NCBI GenBank assembly: GCA_013115125.1
Contig: JABANN010000059.1
Coordinates: 1 to 64,000 of the forward strand
Length of the DNA: 64,000 nucleotides
DNA from: Perkinsus olseni
Lineage: Eukaryota
Direction of reading: 5' to 3'
In this document: positions 18,705 through 31,557 of the stretch, one piece after another
How positions within the stretch are numbered: the stretch's first letter is position 1
How the letters are laid out: the number at the start of each line of letters is the position of its first letter
Position numbers and translations under genes: made by a program
Notes under the pieces: model-generated
What the model was told of the DNA's origin: nothing
Database searches by the model: none
What the model saw: only the letters and a program-made list of their open reading frames with translations

Positions 18705-21700
18705 ATGGGGAAAATCCGGTTGAAGTCTTCTGGAGACTCGGCACCCTCCGGGCGCATCAAAATAGAGTCGGGCTCGGCAGTTAACAAAAGGAAAAGATCC
18801 GAGATTGCTCCGGATGCTCCAGTGGTACCTCTTGTGAGCACCCACAATACTGGAGGTGAGTTAATGCGAAATCGTTCTTTATGAACTCGTGAGTGTCGAA
18901 GAATCACTGATCGTACTTCTGAGTGCGAGTTGCGGAAGGGTAGATCGCATCGTGGAGCTATAGACTCCAAGTTACCGTTGAGCAGCCGGTTGAGATGAAT
19001 GAGAACCCATGTCGCCATTGCTTGCGTTCCATGCCAGGTCGAGTCAGCTTGATGGTGACCGAAACAAAGGGCAAAGATTCTGCTGTGGTTCACGGAACTT
19101 CACCCGCCTTGGAAGAAGCTCTGTTGGTCGGACAGAAAGGGAAGGAGGACCGAAGCCTTCCGATTGGCAAGCACGTCCTGTCTTTTTTGAAGCGGCGGAA
19201 GGGGCTGGGAGAACTTGAGAAAGGTGAGCTTGGGCGCGGTTCGTCGACTAAGATGAGGAATCCTCATCGAGGACGATATGAAAATTCTTCTTCGATTCAA
19301 GTTATCGGATTCATCCATTGTTCGGAAATGTGCCTTCCGTGACGATGCTTTCACGCCGTGTTTGTGGGGGCTTATCCCTGTTCCTCTGGCTCTCGCGGAA
19401 CTTTTCTGCGGCATGCCGCCTCTCCCTAGGGAGAGAGAGTCTCCCTCGAGTTTCGCAGAACACGAACCGTGGCTCCTCGCCAGTATGAAAATGACCATGC
19501 GGCAATTGTGTCGTAGAAGGGAGAGAACTGGGGTATCGCTCACGAACATTGGGCTATGGCATTTTCTGGGTGCATCTTTTGGGAGAGCTCTGCTTTCGAA
19601 TTACCCAGAAGGTCGACAGGTTGGATGACTGCGAGTGTGCTCTGATGTGAGAGAGTGAGAGCTGGAGTCTCGTGAGATGATCTCACTGAGATCTTATGGG
19701 ACGACCCGTTGCAAATCTAGTGAAAGCTCTTCCCCGTACAAGGCGGTCATCGCGAACGCCGGTAGTGATCACTGACTACTGGTCAAATCAGCAGCTGCTA
19801 GTGTATCAATAGCATCGGTACATTTGGAGCATTGTGACCGGTGCAGTCAATGCTGCTAGCGCTTCGACAATTTTGGAAGCGACAAGGCGGCTAACCCGCT
19901 ATGAGGCTCATAGTATGAGCGGATCGGTACCTTTTACTGGACTCGAGAGGCACGGCTTACGAGATGTAATCAAGCAGCTTGGGCTACCCACCTTCTTCGT
20001 AACGTTCACAGTCAACGAAAGATAGTTCCCATCGCATGACAGGGTTATTGAAGATATAGAGTCGCAGAGTGATGTTCTACTCGGAAGAACCTACTTACAC
20101 TATGGAATCGTCTGCTGGGCACTAAGTGTCCTGGAAGATAGCGCACAACGAGTAGCATCATTCGCTCCACCAGCCGCTCGGGCGTTAAGTTCCTCGATCG
20201 CCGAGAATCAGAGAGGTGACCGGGCTGTCGAACGAGATCCTTGCCTTGACGAATTATCCAGTGCCAAGAGCCTTTGGTGCTCCGCAGTTCAGTGTTGTGT
20301 CTCGCTCCACTGAGTTCTCTCGGACGTTTGACAATCAGCGTGAAGGAGCGGTTCCAGTGCTCATTGGAACTCGCACTTGCCCTCTGCTTCTCTCAATCGT
20401 TCTGCTTCCGTGATCTTCCAAGATCGTTTCTTGAGTGATGGTTGCGGATTTTCAGCGTGCCGCACGGTGAATGCTCTCGGAAATATTGCGGTTTCCTTCT
20501 CAGCTCTCTATGACTTTGGTCGCCAAGTAAATGCAGACCTAGCGAAAGCTGAGGATGCCAAGACAACGAAATCCGGAGGAGCTCCATCGGAGACTCCCAT
20601 GAGTCCTGAGGTGAATGATAGGTGAGTTGGAGATGATGTTGCCTTCTCCATGTGTCGATATAGGGTTCGATCATTGGCGCATCTTCTTGTGTGCTTCTTC
20701 TTCTAAACTTGCTCTTATTAGTATTGCTGTAGAGTTCATGCTGGAATATCTTCAATTTCAGTTTCATGGATGCCTCCGTCTTGGAAGAGCAGGCTCGAAA
20801 GAAGGGGGTAAGTCACTTGCCGTAAGTGAGTGGAATACGTATCGCTGTCGCGTCACGGGTCCCATAAGTCAGAAACTGGCCGAGGCAGTTCTGGGAATTC
20901 GCGTTGATCTCGAACGAAAAAACATACTCTTTGGCAGAGTCTGGATCCTCTAGAAGCCGACGCTGTGTTCACGCGATCTGATCCTCATATCGTACAGAGC
21001 AGTCTGCATGCTGGGAAACTAACGAGAATCACCCCACTTCAAACGGATCAACTTATTCCAGGTAGGGCATGCAATCACATACTGTACTGAGATTTTCAGT
21101 GAGTTTCACTGTAACATCGGGCGAGCTGTTTCTATCCACAGACATGTCGCTCGAGTGTGTTCCTGTCCTCATTTGAAAATTCATCCTGTTTGACTCCCTG
21201 ATAGTTGTGATTTGGAATCACTGATTTCGACACACTCGATAGTGTCCTGATTGTTCACAATTGGAAGATTTTTCAGGTGTGGAGGCGGGCACGACTGAGA
21301 CTTTCCCAGAGTGGTTCCAGCCGGCATCAGTGAGCCAGGTCGAGCTGGACAGCATCTCCAGAATTTTCGGACATGGTGCTCTCGGGGAACAGGGCATTGC
21401 GAGGTATCTTGAAACACGGAGCGAGATACTTGGCGGCAAGTAAGTTTCGGGCCGCGGAGTTAGCGAAAGTGTGGTATACCCGATCTCGAATTAGACGACT
21501 GCTGTTTGTCCAGTGACTGCGGTTCGTGGCTGGACAGTCCAGTCTGAACCAGGCTACGGTCGTTTGTACGGTGTCTTTGTGGAATGTGGATAATGAAGAT
21601 GATTATTTTACTTCGTCCCTAATGGCCGAGTTCGATTGAGGTCTTCGGCCGAGACTGCTTGGGCCAAGCACATGGTCGCTGTTGGAATCTCGCAACAATC

Positions 21701-24070
21701 GACGAGAGTAATCGGAATCGGAGTGTGTAACTTAGATTTAGAGTGAACAGTTCCGAAGCTCAGAATCTGAAGGGCACACTCGGTGGTCTAGAGACTGGAG
21801 TCTCTCCGATGTAAAGTGGTTGTCCGAAAGACTCGATAACGAAATGAGTTTAAGCTGGCACGGCGGAGGTTCTTCTGTCGTGCTCTGAGAGCACTGCTGT
21901 CGCACTTAGCTTAGCGACCTTGACTACACACTACCGGAACCACCGGCTGGGGACTCGGGCGTTTAGTAAACGTCGTTTACTACTCTCGCTACGGTGTTTT
22001 CTACGGCCCTGGCGATCAAGGTTGAGGACTCTGTGATCGATTTGGCCGAGGATCATCATTTCACGAATCTGAGAAGTGGTGTGTTGTCTGATCTTGGCAG
22101 AATCGTTCTACAGGAGCAACATTATGGAGATTTTTCAGCGGCATGATCATATTGAAGAGGACTGAAAATGCTCGTCCCCAATAGTAGTCTACGACCGGTT
22201 CATCTTTTTCGCTTGCTCCATGACTGGCAGTATCTTCGTCATGAAGACACGCACTAGCACAGAGAGTGACTGCTTTTATGCAGCGGGATACCGAGTTCAG
22301 AATGGGCAGTTGCATCTGTATGGTCGAGCCGTGTTATCACTGTGAGAACCATGGCAAGAGGGACGCCAACGTCCCAATGATCAAAACAGTCTTCCCGCTT
22401 ATGCCAGTGGAAGATGACTCGTAGAATACATACTACCACTCAAGATGCGGCTTCCGACAGAGGCCTGTGATACTATCACTGCTTCACAATGACGCAAGAA
22501 TCTTTTCACATGCTTGAGAAGAAGGGCATTGGGGTTTGAGCCGTTCACTTTTTCTAGAAGTCTACGGGTATCCTGATAAATGTAGTTCGTATCTTATTGT
22601 GTTGAGTAGTCGCGATTACGTTGTGGTGGTCAATAGTTTGTTGAGCTGCTACTACTGCGGTGGTAACTACGATCTCATCAAAAGCTTGAAAAGAACGGAC
22701 TCTCCGAAAACTGTTTGGAACCTACGGTTGTGAAAAAATTGGCCACCTGTTGCTGATCATGATGTTTTCCAGCGCCTAAAATTATCCGAAGCAGTCGAAA
22801 ACTTTCAGATTTGATTCCTCAGTATTTTCGAAAAACTACCGTGCATGTTTTCTTGAACGCGGGTGAAGTCAGTGTACCTCTCAGGACACTCGAACCGTCG
22901 GACTACAACACTGCGGTCTGGTCTGTACTGCGGCATCTGGATGTGATTGGGGGGAGCCTGAGAGGAGAGAGGAGAGTCGCGGAAGTCGACACCCAGAAGA
23001 GGTAGTGATGAGATGGTGGAAATATTATCGATCATGTGGGCGTGCGCGGGTTACAACACATCTGTTTCAGAGGTGTGGAGTCCTGCTGGGGCTGTGGGAA
23101 GGACTTGCAGAAAACTTGTAACCGCACAGCATTTGCTGTGAGCATTCCAACCTTATCTGGCCACGGTGATGTACTGGCTGTTTGCCGCGAGTGCGCCGCA
23201 ACAGGGAAAACGCCGGATGGAAGTAGCGTGGGGGACGGTGGGAGTTTACTCGTTCAGAGATGGGGAGTGTCGCGGAAATGTTAGTATTCTTAGGAGAATG
23301 ATGAATGTAGAATGGGACTAAGCGTGTCAGAAATAGGTGCTTCTGCGGAGGCGGCTGCCGCCTGGCGGCATATGATGTTTTATCCCATTCGACCTTTAGG
23401 GGTAACGCGACTAGATGGTACGGCCATTAGACCTCCTACTGAAGGAGAGGTGACGAAAATCGGAGCGGCCTTAGCGGAGCGAAGCGCGGCTGGGGTTATA
23501 GTTTTAGCTGATGAACTGAAGAGAACACCTGAGGAATGTTTAGTTATTGCTGCGAGGGAATCTTTCGAGAAATTCGACAGTGCGCACGTCAAAGATACTT
23601 TGGTTGGTTCGGACAACCCTCTGATGCGACTGTTGGGTTTACTGTGTGCCATTGTGCATCCAGTGGTGGCGAGCTCGGGAGCGAGAGCCGCTATTAAGTA
23701 CATCGCTGAGCGCCGTAAAAAGGGGGAAGATAGCGATCTTTGCGGGAAGGAAATTTTGGAGGCATGCCTGAACGGGGCTCAGGAGAAGGCGAGAGAGATG
23801 ACCACGAGTGCGAACGCTATAAGTAGACGTCTCAGTGATGTATTACAAGCCCGAGTCAGTTTGGCTGAGCAGAGAGTCGCTTGGGGGGAGTCATTGGATA
23901 CAGCGGTGGTTGGGGAGGCGAGGTTGAGCCAGGGTGTTGGTCAAGCTAAGGCTAATGTACAGAGATTGGAAACAGAGATGAAGAATGCAATATTGAAGAA
24001 AGAGGAGGAAGATGCGAAGGCCGTTGAGGAAAAGCAAGAGATCAAGATTTCGCAAGAGGAGAATACGTAA
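18705..24070 (+). CDS. Uncharacterised multi-exon protein with a CxxC...CxxC zinc-binding motif and a C-terminal coiled coil
   Basis: GT-AG bounded open exons near 18705-18855, 19038-19223, 20456-20610, 20732-20808, 21277-21439, 22823-23001, 23071-23222 (SCWGC...VCREC) and 23294-24070 (E/K-rich helical tail). Joining them into one gene is inferred. Confidence 0.5.
19880..20025 (+). mobile_element. Degenerate Helitron Rep-domain fragment inside an intron
   Basis: LRDVIKQLGLPTFFVTFTVNE matches the Helitron_like_N motif 'GxPxxFxTxTxN', followed by an in-frame stop. Confidence 0.6.
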
Positions 24071-24189
24071 ATTATCTTGTATCATTTGAGAGGATTTCCC
24101 GCTCTTAGTGTGTGGAGTTATTCGAGTGTTTGAATTGGTGGTGTAATTTGAATAATGGTGTAAATAATGGTGAAATTTAATTTGTAATT

Positions 24190-24310
24190 TGTGTGATTTG
24201 GTGCCGGGGTGAAGATTGTCTGAAGAGATTCATGGTCAACAGTGAAGCGAATTGAAGAGCGAGGATCACGATCGTCAGTTGCGACTCTGAGGGCGCAATT
24301 TAGGGAGGTA
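24190..24310 (+). pseudogene. Decayed duplicate of the SAE1 upstream region and first exon
   Basis: gagattcatggtcaacagtgaag...gatcgtcagttgcgactctgagggcgcaat aligns with the intact exon at 25737-25819 but carries indels and stops. Confidence 0.75.
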
Positions 24311-24416
24311 GGACTGGGCGAGAGACGAGGCTAATTCTACCGGGCAGCGTAAGTTACGCTCTGCCGCAGAGCAGTGCGCTCTCACGTGTTGCTCAAGGTA
24401 CTGCTGGCAGCAGTCT

Positions 24417-24467
24417 ACGGTATCACAGGCTGTCGCAGCAGTCTGCTGCGACAGCCTGTGATACCGT
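24417..24467. repeat. Perfect inverted repeat with 25-bp arms and a 1-nt spacer
   Basis: acggtatcacaggctgtcgcagcag-t-ctgctgcgacagcctgtgataccgt. Confidence 0.95.
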
Positions 24468-25736
24468 CATGATCACAGATTCCATGTTACAAGCACGTTT
24501 CAAATTCAGAAGTATCAAAGTTTTTCCCTAGCGTAACGCTAGTAGCGTTCCCCAACATTCCTATGACTGAGATCCGTATCGCTTGTGACCCGCTGACTCG
24601 AAGGCGGGACCTGAAGGCGCAATACTATCTGCCACATATTATCTGCGCCTGTATTTTGGTTTCATGGGTCGATCCGCCAAGGGAAGCTCAAGCATGACGG
24701 CTTTCTCTATGCAGTTCTTGTCCCTCTTGAAGTGATCAGGACAGGGGGCCGCGGACAGTGGCCAGAGGAAAAGCAGATTTGGGTATCCGAATTCAGATTT
24801 TATGAAAGTGTACGGATGGTGTGGCACAACTTTAAAACACACTCAGACTCCGGCCACTTCGATTCCCGTCAACTTTATCATGTTTCTATGTTGTTGCGGA
24901 TTCCGCAATACGGAAGGAAGCGATATCGTCCACAAGGATTCCTCTCTCCCTTACTGGGTTAGAGATGAGATTCTCACCATGAGAATGATATATAACCCCT
25001 ACCGGTTACTTGAGGAAGTTCACCGCGAGATCACCTCTGTCTCACTTGGTATTCATGGTTGAAGTTGGAGAGATATAACTTCGGACTGAAGTCTCCAGTA
25101 CGCAAGGCCCGGAAAAGTGGTCATACTATCATAATCGTATCTGTGACCTTGTTCGCGGGTATTGTACTCGCGCTGAGGTAGACTTACGGCACCGACGAAG
25201 AGAAATGGCAGCTTGCCTTGAGTTGAGACCTACTCTTGCGATTTATCTGTGCCCATGTAGCCCACTGATAGCAGAGCTTCGTGTTATGGCTCATTGCTGA
25301 TTGGTACCGTACCAAATTGGTACTACCAATGGTACGGCAACGCCCAAAATGAATCCCCTCTGAAAACTCGTGTTTTGAAATTCCTTATTCCTTGGAGCCC
25401 TACAGAAGCATTCTCTTGTCAGCGTTAATCACACTGTGTGATCGAAGCTAGGGGCTACGACGCGTCGTAGCAGCCTGGACCGGCCCGCGAGATCGCCGAG
25501 TGACAGCTTCCCGTACGAAAGAAGGAGAATTTCCTCTGTCATGAGTGGGCGTGTTGCAATGTCTCTACCCGTGGAGGTTGTGCTCGGCTGGGGCGGCGCC
25601 GTGGCACACTGAGAACGAATTAGTGAATTTTCTGTATGGTGTGTAATGTTTCGCCAATTTCGCTGTGGGAGGTTGCGTGAGTGTTCTGAATTGATGGTGT
25701 AATTTTGTGGCGCGGTGAAGGTGGTCCTGGAGATTC

Positions 25737-28706
25737 ATGGCCAACAGTGAAGAGATATCGGCGAGCGAGGAGGAGGTTTATGATCGCCAGCTGCGGCTCT
25801 GGGGACGCAATGCGCAGAGGTGATAGCAGGCCGATGGGTGGTGGGAGCCTTTGTGGTGCGCACGCGGAAGAAGCTCATGATCATAGACATTCAGAATTCA
25901 CCAAGTCTGTTCATCCTCCTCTGTTTTTCTAGTAGCATTCAACCGACCAGTGACTTACTGGTGGGAAATTGTCGAATGCTCGCGCGGTTGCGGAACAGTA
26001 GTGATTTGAGATGCTTTGGTCGTTGGCAATACATCAATGACTGAGTCCTACTCACGCACTACCGTGAGTAACTACATTTTGTCGTTAATAGATTTCGAGG
26101 TCATTCCTACTTTTTCCAGTCGATTGAAGTCGGGTTCGGTGCTGATCTTCGGTCTCTCTGCCATCAACGTAGAAGTCGCCAAGAACGTCCTCCTAGCCGG
26201 AGCGAACATCACCCTGGCCGACGATCGTGCAGTCACGGAGGACGCTCGGGCTTGGAACTTCCTTCTGCCAGCGGGTAAGACATCTCATTTCATTTCACGG
26301 TTTGTTTATCATTCATTCGGGTCTCGGCGGGCCCTAAGTTCTTCCACGGGGATACTGATAATCGTCGAGAATTTCTTTCGCTTTGGGTTGATAGGTGGAA
26401 GTTCCACCGTGGAACCGGTGCGCTTGAGAGGGAATGGCGCAAATCTCTCGAGAGAATATTGGAGATCGTTGACGGTATCAATTTCTTATTTTTCCATCAG
26501 ATTTGAGCGCCTACAGAACCCTCGCTGAGGCCTCTGCGGCGTCCCTGCGTGGGATGAATCCTCTGGCTACGGTGACTGTCACTGATGAGAAGTCTGTTGA
26601 TATGAAGAAGTTCAATACGGCTTCGATTGACCTCGAATTCAACTTCCCTGAAGCGAAGAGGCTTGCCGAAGCGGCGCGGAAAGCCGGCGTGGCGGTTTTT
26701 CTGTCGTTTGGGTTCGGCGGAGTTGGATGGTGGTGTGCTGATCTTGTAAAGCACAGAGTGTTAGAGAGGTCCTTGGGGAATAAGGCAGCAGTGGTGAGTT
26801 GGTTATACGAAGCTCTTATTCTCGTTGTGAATTTCGTGGAATGATGCTCGGAATTTCTCATGACTGAATGGTGACCGAAGCGTGGAACGGATTGTATCCG
26901 TCTGAACGTCTGCGTGTGAAATGCGACATAGAGAACTGTAGTTGGTAGAGACTCAGATTCAAAAGGTGTTGCAATAATTGAAAAAATCGAATGCACGGAT
27001 TGGCATTCGCATGCATGCTTGGCATTAGTGAATGAGGTAGAGCAAGGCAGCTATAGAGGTGGAAGTTTTGGGGTTGAACTGCTGCCATTATTGAGTTATC
27101 CTTCAGCAGTAAAGAACTCTGTTAATGGCCCATTGACAGAGTTTCTTACTGCTATCCAGACATTGCACGGAGATGACTCGGCTGTGCCTACACTATGAAT
27201 CTAAACCCTTCCACAAAATTATATCACATCGCGTTTTTTCCTCATTTCTTCCAATTTATTGCGATTGGGGGTCTGAAACTTGGCATACGGGGTAATCAAG
27301 CATGGAGAAAAAACATATATAAAAATCAGATCGAATCTCGCTCGCCCTAGTAAAATATCTGAAACCGTCGATTTCAGCACGTCCACAAAATAATATCACA
27401 CTCGGAGAATATAGACTTCCAACCGACACAATATAATATATATTCGAATATAATATTTATATTCGAATCGATACATCCCGAATCGCTCGCCATTGGCAGA
27501 TCTGTTATATATGCGGATGGATGCGATGAAGCTCTGCGCAGTGTGGGAACTTCTAGCGTTATTATTGGAGTGGAATTCCTGTAGAGGGCGTTCTTTTTCA
27601 GGAGATCACTACTGCCTCTTTTGATGACTTGCTCTCGAGGTCTATTGTGGATCTGCTTGGTGGAGTTAAATTAAAGAAGGCTCCGTAAGGCGGTATTGCG
27701 CGTTCAACAAACCCCCTCAGTGATCGCATTTTACTGCTGTGCATGCCATGATAATAGCAAGGCATGAGTAGTACAGCTAGTGGATATTCGAGACTTGGAT
27801 AGAATTGAAGGGGCGATTGAATAGTTATAGTATCCGGTTACTGCTTCCGCTGTTTGTATTTGTTCAGGGGTGTTACACAGCCTGACTCGGAGTTGGCGGA
27901 GAATTTCCCACGTCGGAATTTTCGTAGCCTCGTTTTCATGATGGTTGGCGAACTTACTGAAGAGATATCCGGAGCGAACATGAAAATGGTTTCGGAAAGT
28001 TTTCTATAATCAGAGTGTCTCTCTCTCAGATTCGAATGCGCTATGGTGCCCCTACTCCTACGAATCCGATCCCAGCTGGGCTCGTGGCCGGCGTCCGAGA
28101 AGGAGTTCGGTGAGCAGATAAGCTCTGTCACTGCGAGTTCGACGGATACCGCTATGGCTAAGGTGTGCACTGGTCGGATTCTCGGACTCGGTGATCTATT
28201 CTCTATCGGGCTCTTACTCGAACACTATGACGAACGCTGTGGCAGGGTGTTCATTTTTTACGACGAGGATAATTTCACGTGGCTGATAAAAAGGTCGATA
28301 AACGAGGGATGTATTTTCCACTCGCGATGTCTATCACTTTTCCACGCGATAATGATATCCTTGAGCGGTAGAACTTTGAGAATCTGCGAATATCGACCCG
28401 AATGAGTTCCGGAGTTTCGTGGTTTACCTGTCTCCCGACCGATTGGCACATCCACCACTGGCTATTTTTCGGGCTGTGTTGCACGTAGCTCGACTCTCAA
28501 CTTGCGCTTCTTTAGCCAGTAGTGAGATCTCTGCTTATGATCCGTCATATCTTGTCAGTTCCTCGAGCCTATTCTCTCGGAGCCGCGGTTGATGCAGCAG
28601 ATTTCGGCGGGACCGATACCACCTTGTGCTGCGGTGGTGGGCGGCTTACTGGGTCAGGAGGTTGTCAAGGTGGTTACTCGCCGGGATGAACCCCTGGTGA
28701 ACACTG
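25737..28706 (+). CDS. SAE1: SUMO-activating enzyme subunit 1 (AOS1/SAE1), multi-exon; last exon not located
   Basis: YDRQLRLWGRNAQSRLKSGSVLIFGLSAINVEVAKNVLLAG, LRGMNPLATV, and C-terminal PPCAAVVGGLLGQEVVKVVTRRDEPLVN. Confidence 0.88.
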
Positions 28707-31557
28707 GTAGGTTCTCTAGTAGCTTAGATGGATGGTTAGCCGCGACCGCGTGGTGACTCGGTAGGAGCGAAAATTGAGAAGACTATTGTAGCATGATTAT
28801 TGTTTCGATTATTGGTCGCATGTTCATCTTTTACGAAAATCTTCACGATCCATAATGTTCCTGGTAAGCGGGTCTACGAGCGGCAGCCGCTCGGCGGCTT
28901 GACTACCGACATTAGTCCAGCGCCACAATTCGAAGTGAGCCTTCTCTGCATGATAATTCACTTGTCCAGCACAGGTGGGGGTGCGGCTGGCGTCGTCCTT
29001 AGACTGGGTGTGCCTATCAGGGCGCAGTTAAGGTTCCTTCCTCTGATCCGTGGCCGCTCAGAATCGCTATCCTGATAGCCTTATGCTATGGGCGTCCTCG
29101 GAGCGCTCGCTGAGACCAGTATGAGTCGCAAGGAAGGCACTGTGGTTTGGGAGCTATTCAAGCTGCCGGACGCGTGGGCGTGGAAATGGATGCGATGGGC
29201 TGTACGTTTACAGTCCAGGGAGCTCCGACGATCTGCGAGTGGACCGCAGGGTCCTCGCGAGATTTGCCGAGGGAGTTGATCAGATTAAACCTCCAGAGAC
29301 TCTTGAGTGCACCGATTACTTTTTACGGGAGCCGTACCGGTGCGTTATAGGCACTTTACAGCCTAGTATAGAGCAGTCATATAGCAATCAATTGGAAAGT
29401 GTTCTGCGGAGCGCGGTTTATCATCCCCGGAGCGCCTGAAACAGGGTTGAGGATCGGTGGCCGGGAAAGAGTGCGGAGTCTACGGAGAGGATGCCAGCGC
29501 CCTTCCTGAGGTTGCCGAACCCGCCGCGGTTCTAATGCCGAACTGACGCTGACCGATGCTGGTGCCTACGTTCCTGCCAATGCCGAATCTGCAGCCGCTG
29601 CCCGGGCTACTGCAGTTGATTCACATGCATTTTGCCGCAGCCGTTCCTTGGGGGAACTGATGCGGCGCCACCCTTCATAGGAAGGGAGACACACGATATC
29701 CCTGCCGCATGAGCATTGCTCGTTGAGCAACTGCCTGGTACACCAGTGCACCGGAAGAGAGCCTATGCTTGGAATTCCGGAGCACGTTTCGTTGGAAACC
29801 TCAAGGTGATTGATGAAAACAACCGGACCAGGGACGCATACCTGACAATGATTTATCAGACGGTTGAGACGTGATGAGCGGTATGAGCGAGCTATTCAGA
29901 TGCCAGTGGCTGCACGAGCCCAAGTGGTTGTCGAGGCCAAGTACGAAGAGGCGTGGGCGGCATACAGGAAGTTGAGCGACTGGGGTTGGCGATGCGTTTG
30001 GGTGCTTCGCGACGCACCACTTCGAGAGAGAATGAATGACTATTGATCGTCTGAAGGCTGAGCATGAGAATCTCAATCGAAACCTAGAGTGTTTCGAGAC
30101 ATAAGGATCCTAAAGAGATCCATGGCCGCTCGCTGTGCTATTGTATGCCCTGTCCCAACGACACGTCGTGTTGCTGCAAATCTCCCTGTTGACACTGTTC
30201 AGCACTGCTGAGTGTGTAAGTGGGTGCAAGTCTGTTGAGTGTTGAGTTTCAGCAATGCCTAACGGCGCGTCGTCGGGCCACAAAGCATTACTGTAAAACA
30301 GTTGTCCCCTCGTCGTCGTCAAGCTCACAGTGTTACATTACGTTTTTGGTCGAGGAAACTCGACTTCTAGGCTAAGCCTAGTATTATCGAAACAACCTAT
30401 GAACTACTGCCAAAACTTGGCTCGGTGGTGTCTCCCAATCAGCGAGCTACTGTTCCCGTGTTCTTATTCAGTTACTTACTCATGCCGCACGAACGGAGCT
30501 CATGTGGAGAAGATGCCCGCGAAGGGAGCGAATGAAGTGACTGCTGTTAAAGATCGCCATGCCACTGGAGCTGAAAACGTAGGCTTTGGCAAAATATCGC
30601 TTTGTAAATAGCGCGCGCCCGATTGATCACATGATGGTGCCTGTGGATCTCACATTGTGGCGAGTGCCTAGGTCTATCCTGGCGAGTTAATGTAACGTAT
30701 GCCTCAGGAATGCAAAGGTGATGTATGTGTAGTTTTTAGGATTCTCATCCGCGTGGGTATTTGTGCAAAGTGCTTGTTCCTCAGGCTGAGTCGTCTGCGC
30801 TCGTGGCCACGGTTCTGGAAGAGGATGAAGATGAAGGAGAGGAGCCTATGGAGCTCGACTAAGTTTCTTCCACCATTTTCGTCTTGGGTTGTGACAAATC
30901 GTGACTGATCCGCCACGAATTTATTTTTCGGCTTTTTCGAGTCTTGCCAGGCGAAGGGGTTGTGCATGATGCATAGCAGAAGGTTAGATCAACTGCTACA
31001 CCCGCCTGCCAAATCTTTGAAGGTTTCCGAGCGGGCAGTCGCTGGTCGAATGCCGAGCCCTGCGCGCCGATATTTACGAACGGTAATTTCCGTTCCCTGA
31101 AATTAATAGCCTCGTCATTGGTTCGTTAGGGTTGAAGGACAACGGTGCGAGCTCTCTAGGCAACCCTTCGTTTGCTACTCAGTTCAGCTCACGGTAACTG
31201 GAATTCTCGTTCAAGGATGTGCAGTTTTTTCCGAGTGTGGTGGCGTCTGACGGCACTAGGCACCGGCTGATGTCACCGCCCATGACGTCACTCCATCTGC
31301 ACGCATGCGCAGATAGGTTGTTCAATTTACTTCCTGTGCGTCGTTACGAATACCGCAGTAAATTCATTTCCGTAGAACGGGATCTCTCAATTTTTGAAAA
31401 GTGGCAGAGATCATTGATGTTGTGGTTTTCTGGTAATTTCCAAACCCGTCATTCGGTGAAGTCGCTTTTTTCGTGCGGTTGGCTCAACGCCCTCCTGCGC
31501 GGATTTTCAGTACATCTTCCAGTCGTAGTTTCGGTTTTGGGACTTCACTTTCGAACG

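Noticed and set aside
22285-22325. Possible Helitron HUH motif (EFQ..G..H)
   Set aside because: It needs a frameshift, lacks the second His and lies in a different intron from the Rep fragment.
29050-30110. Coding-like GC-rich region with short broken ORFs, possibly a retroelement
   Set aside because: I could not identify any RT, integrase or transposase motif, so it is left unassigned.
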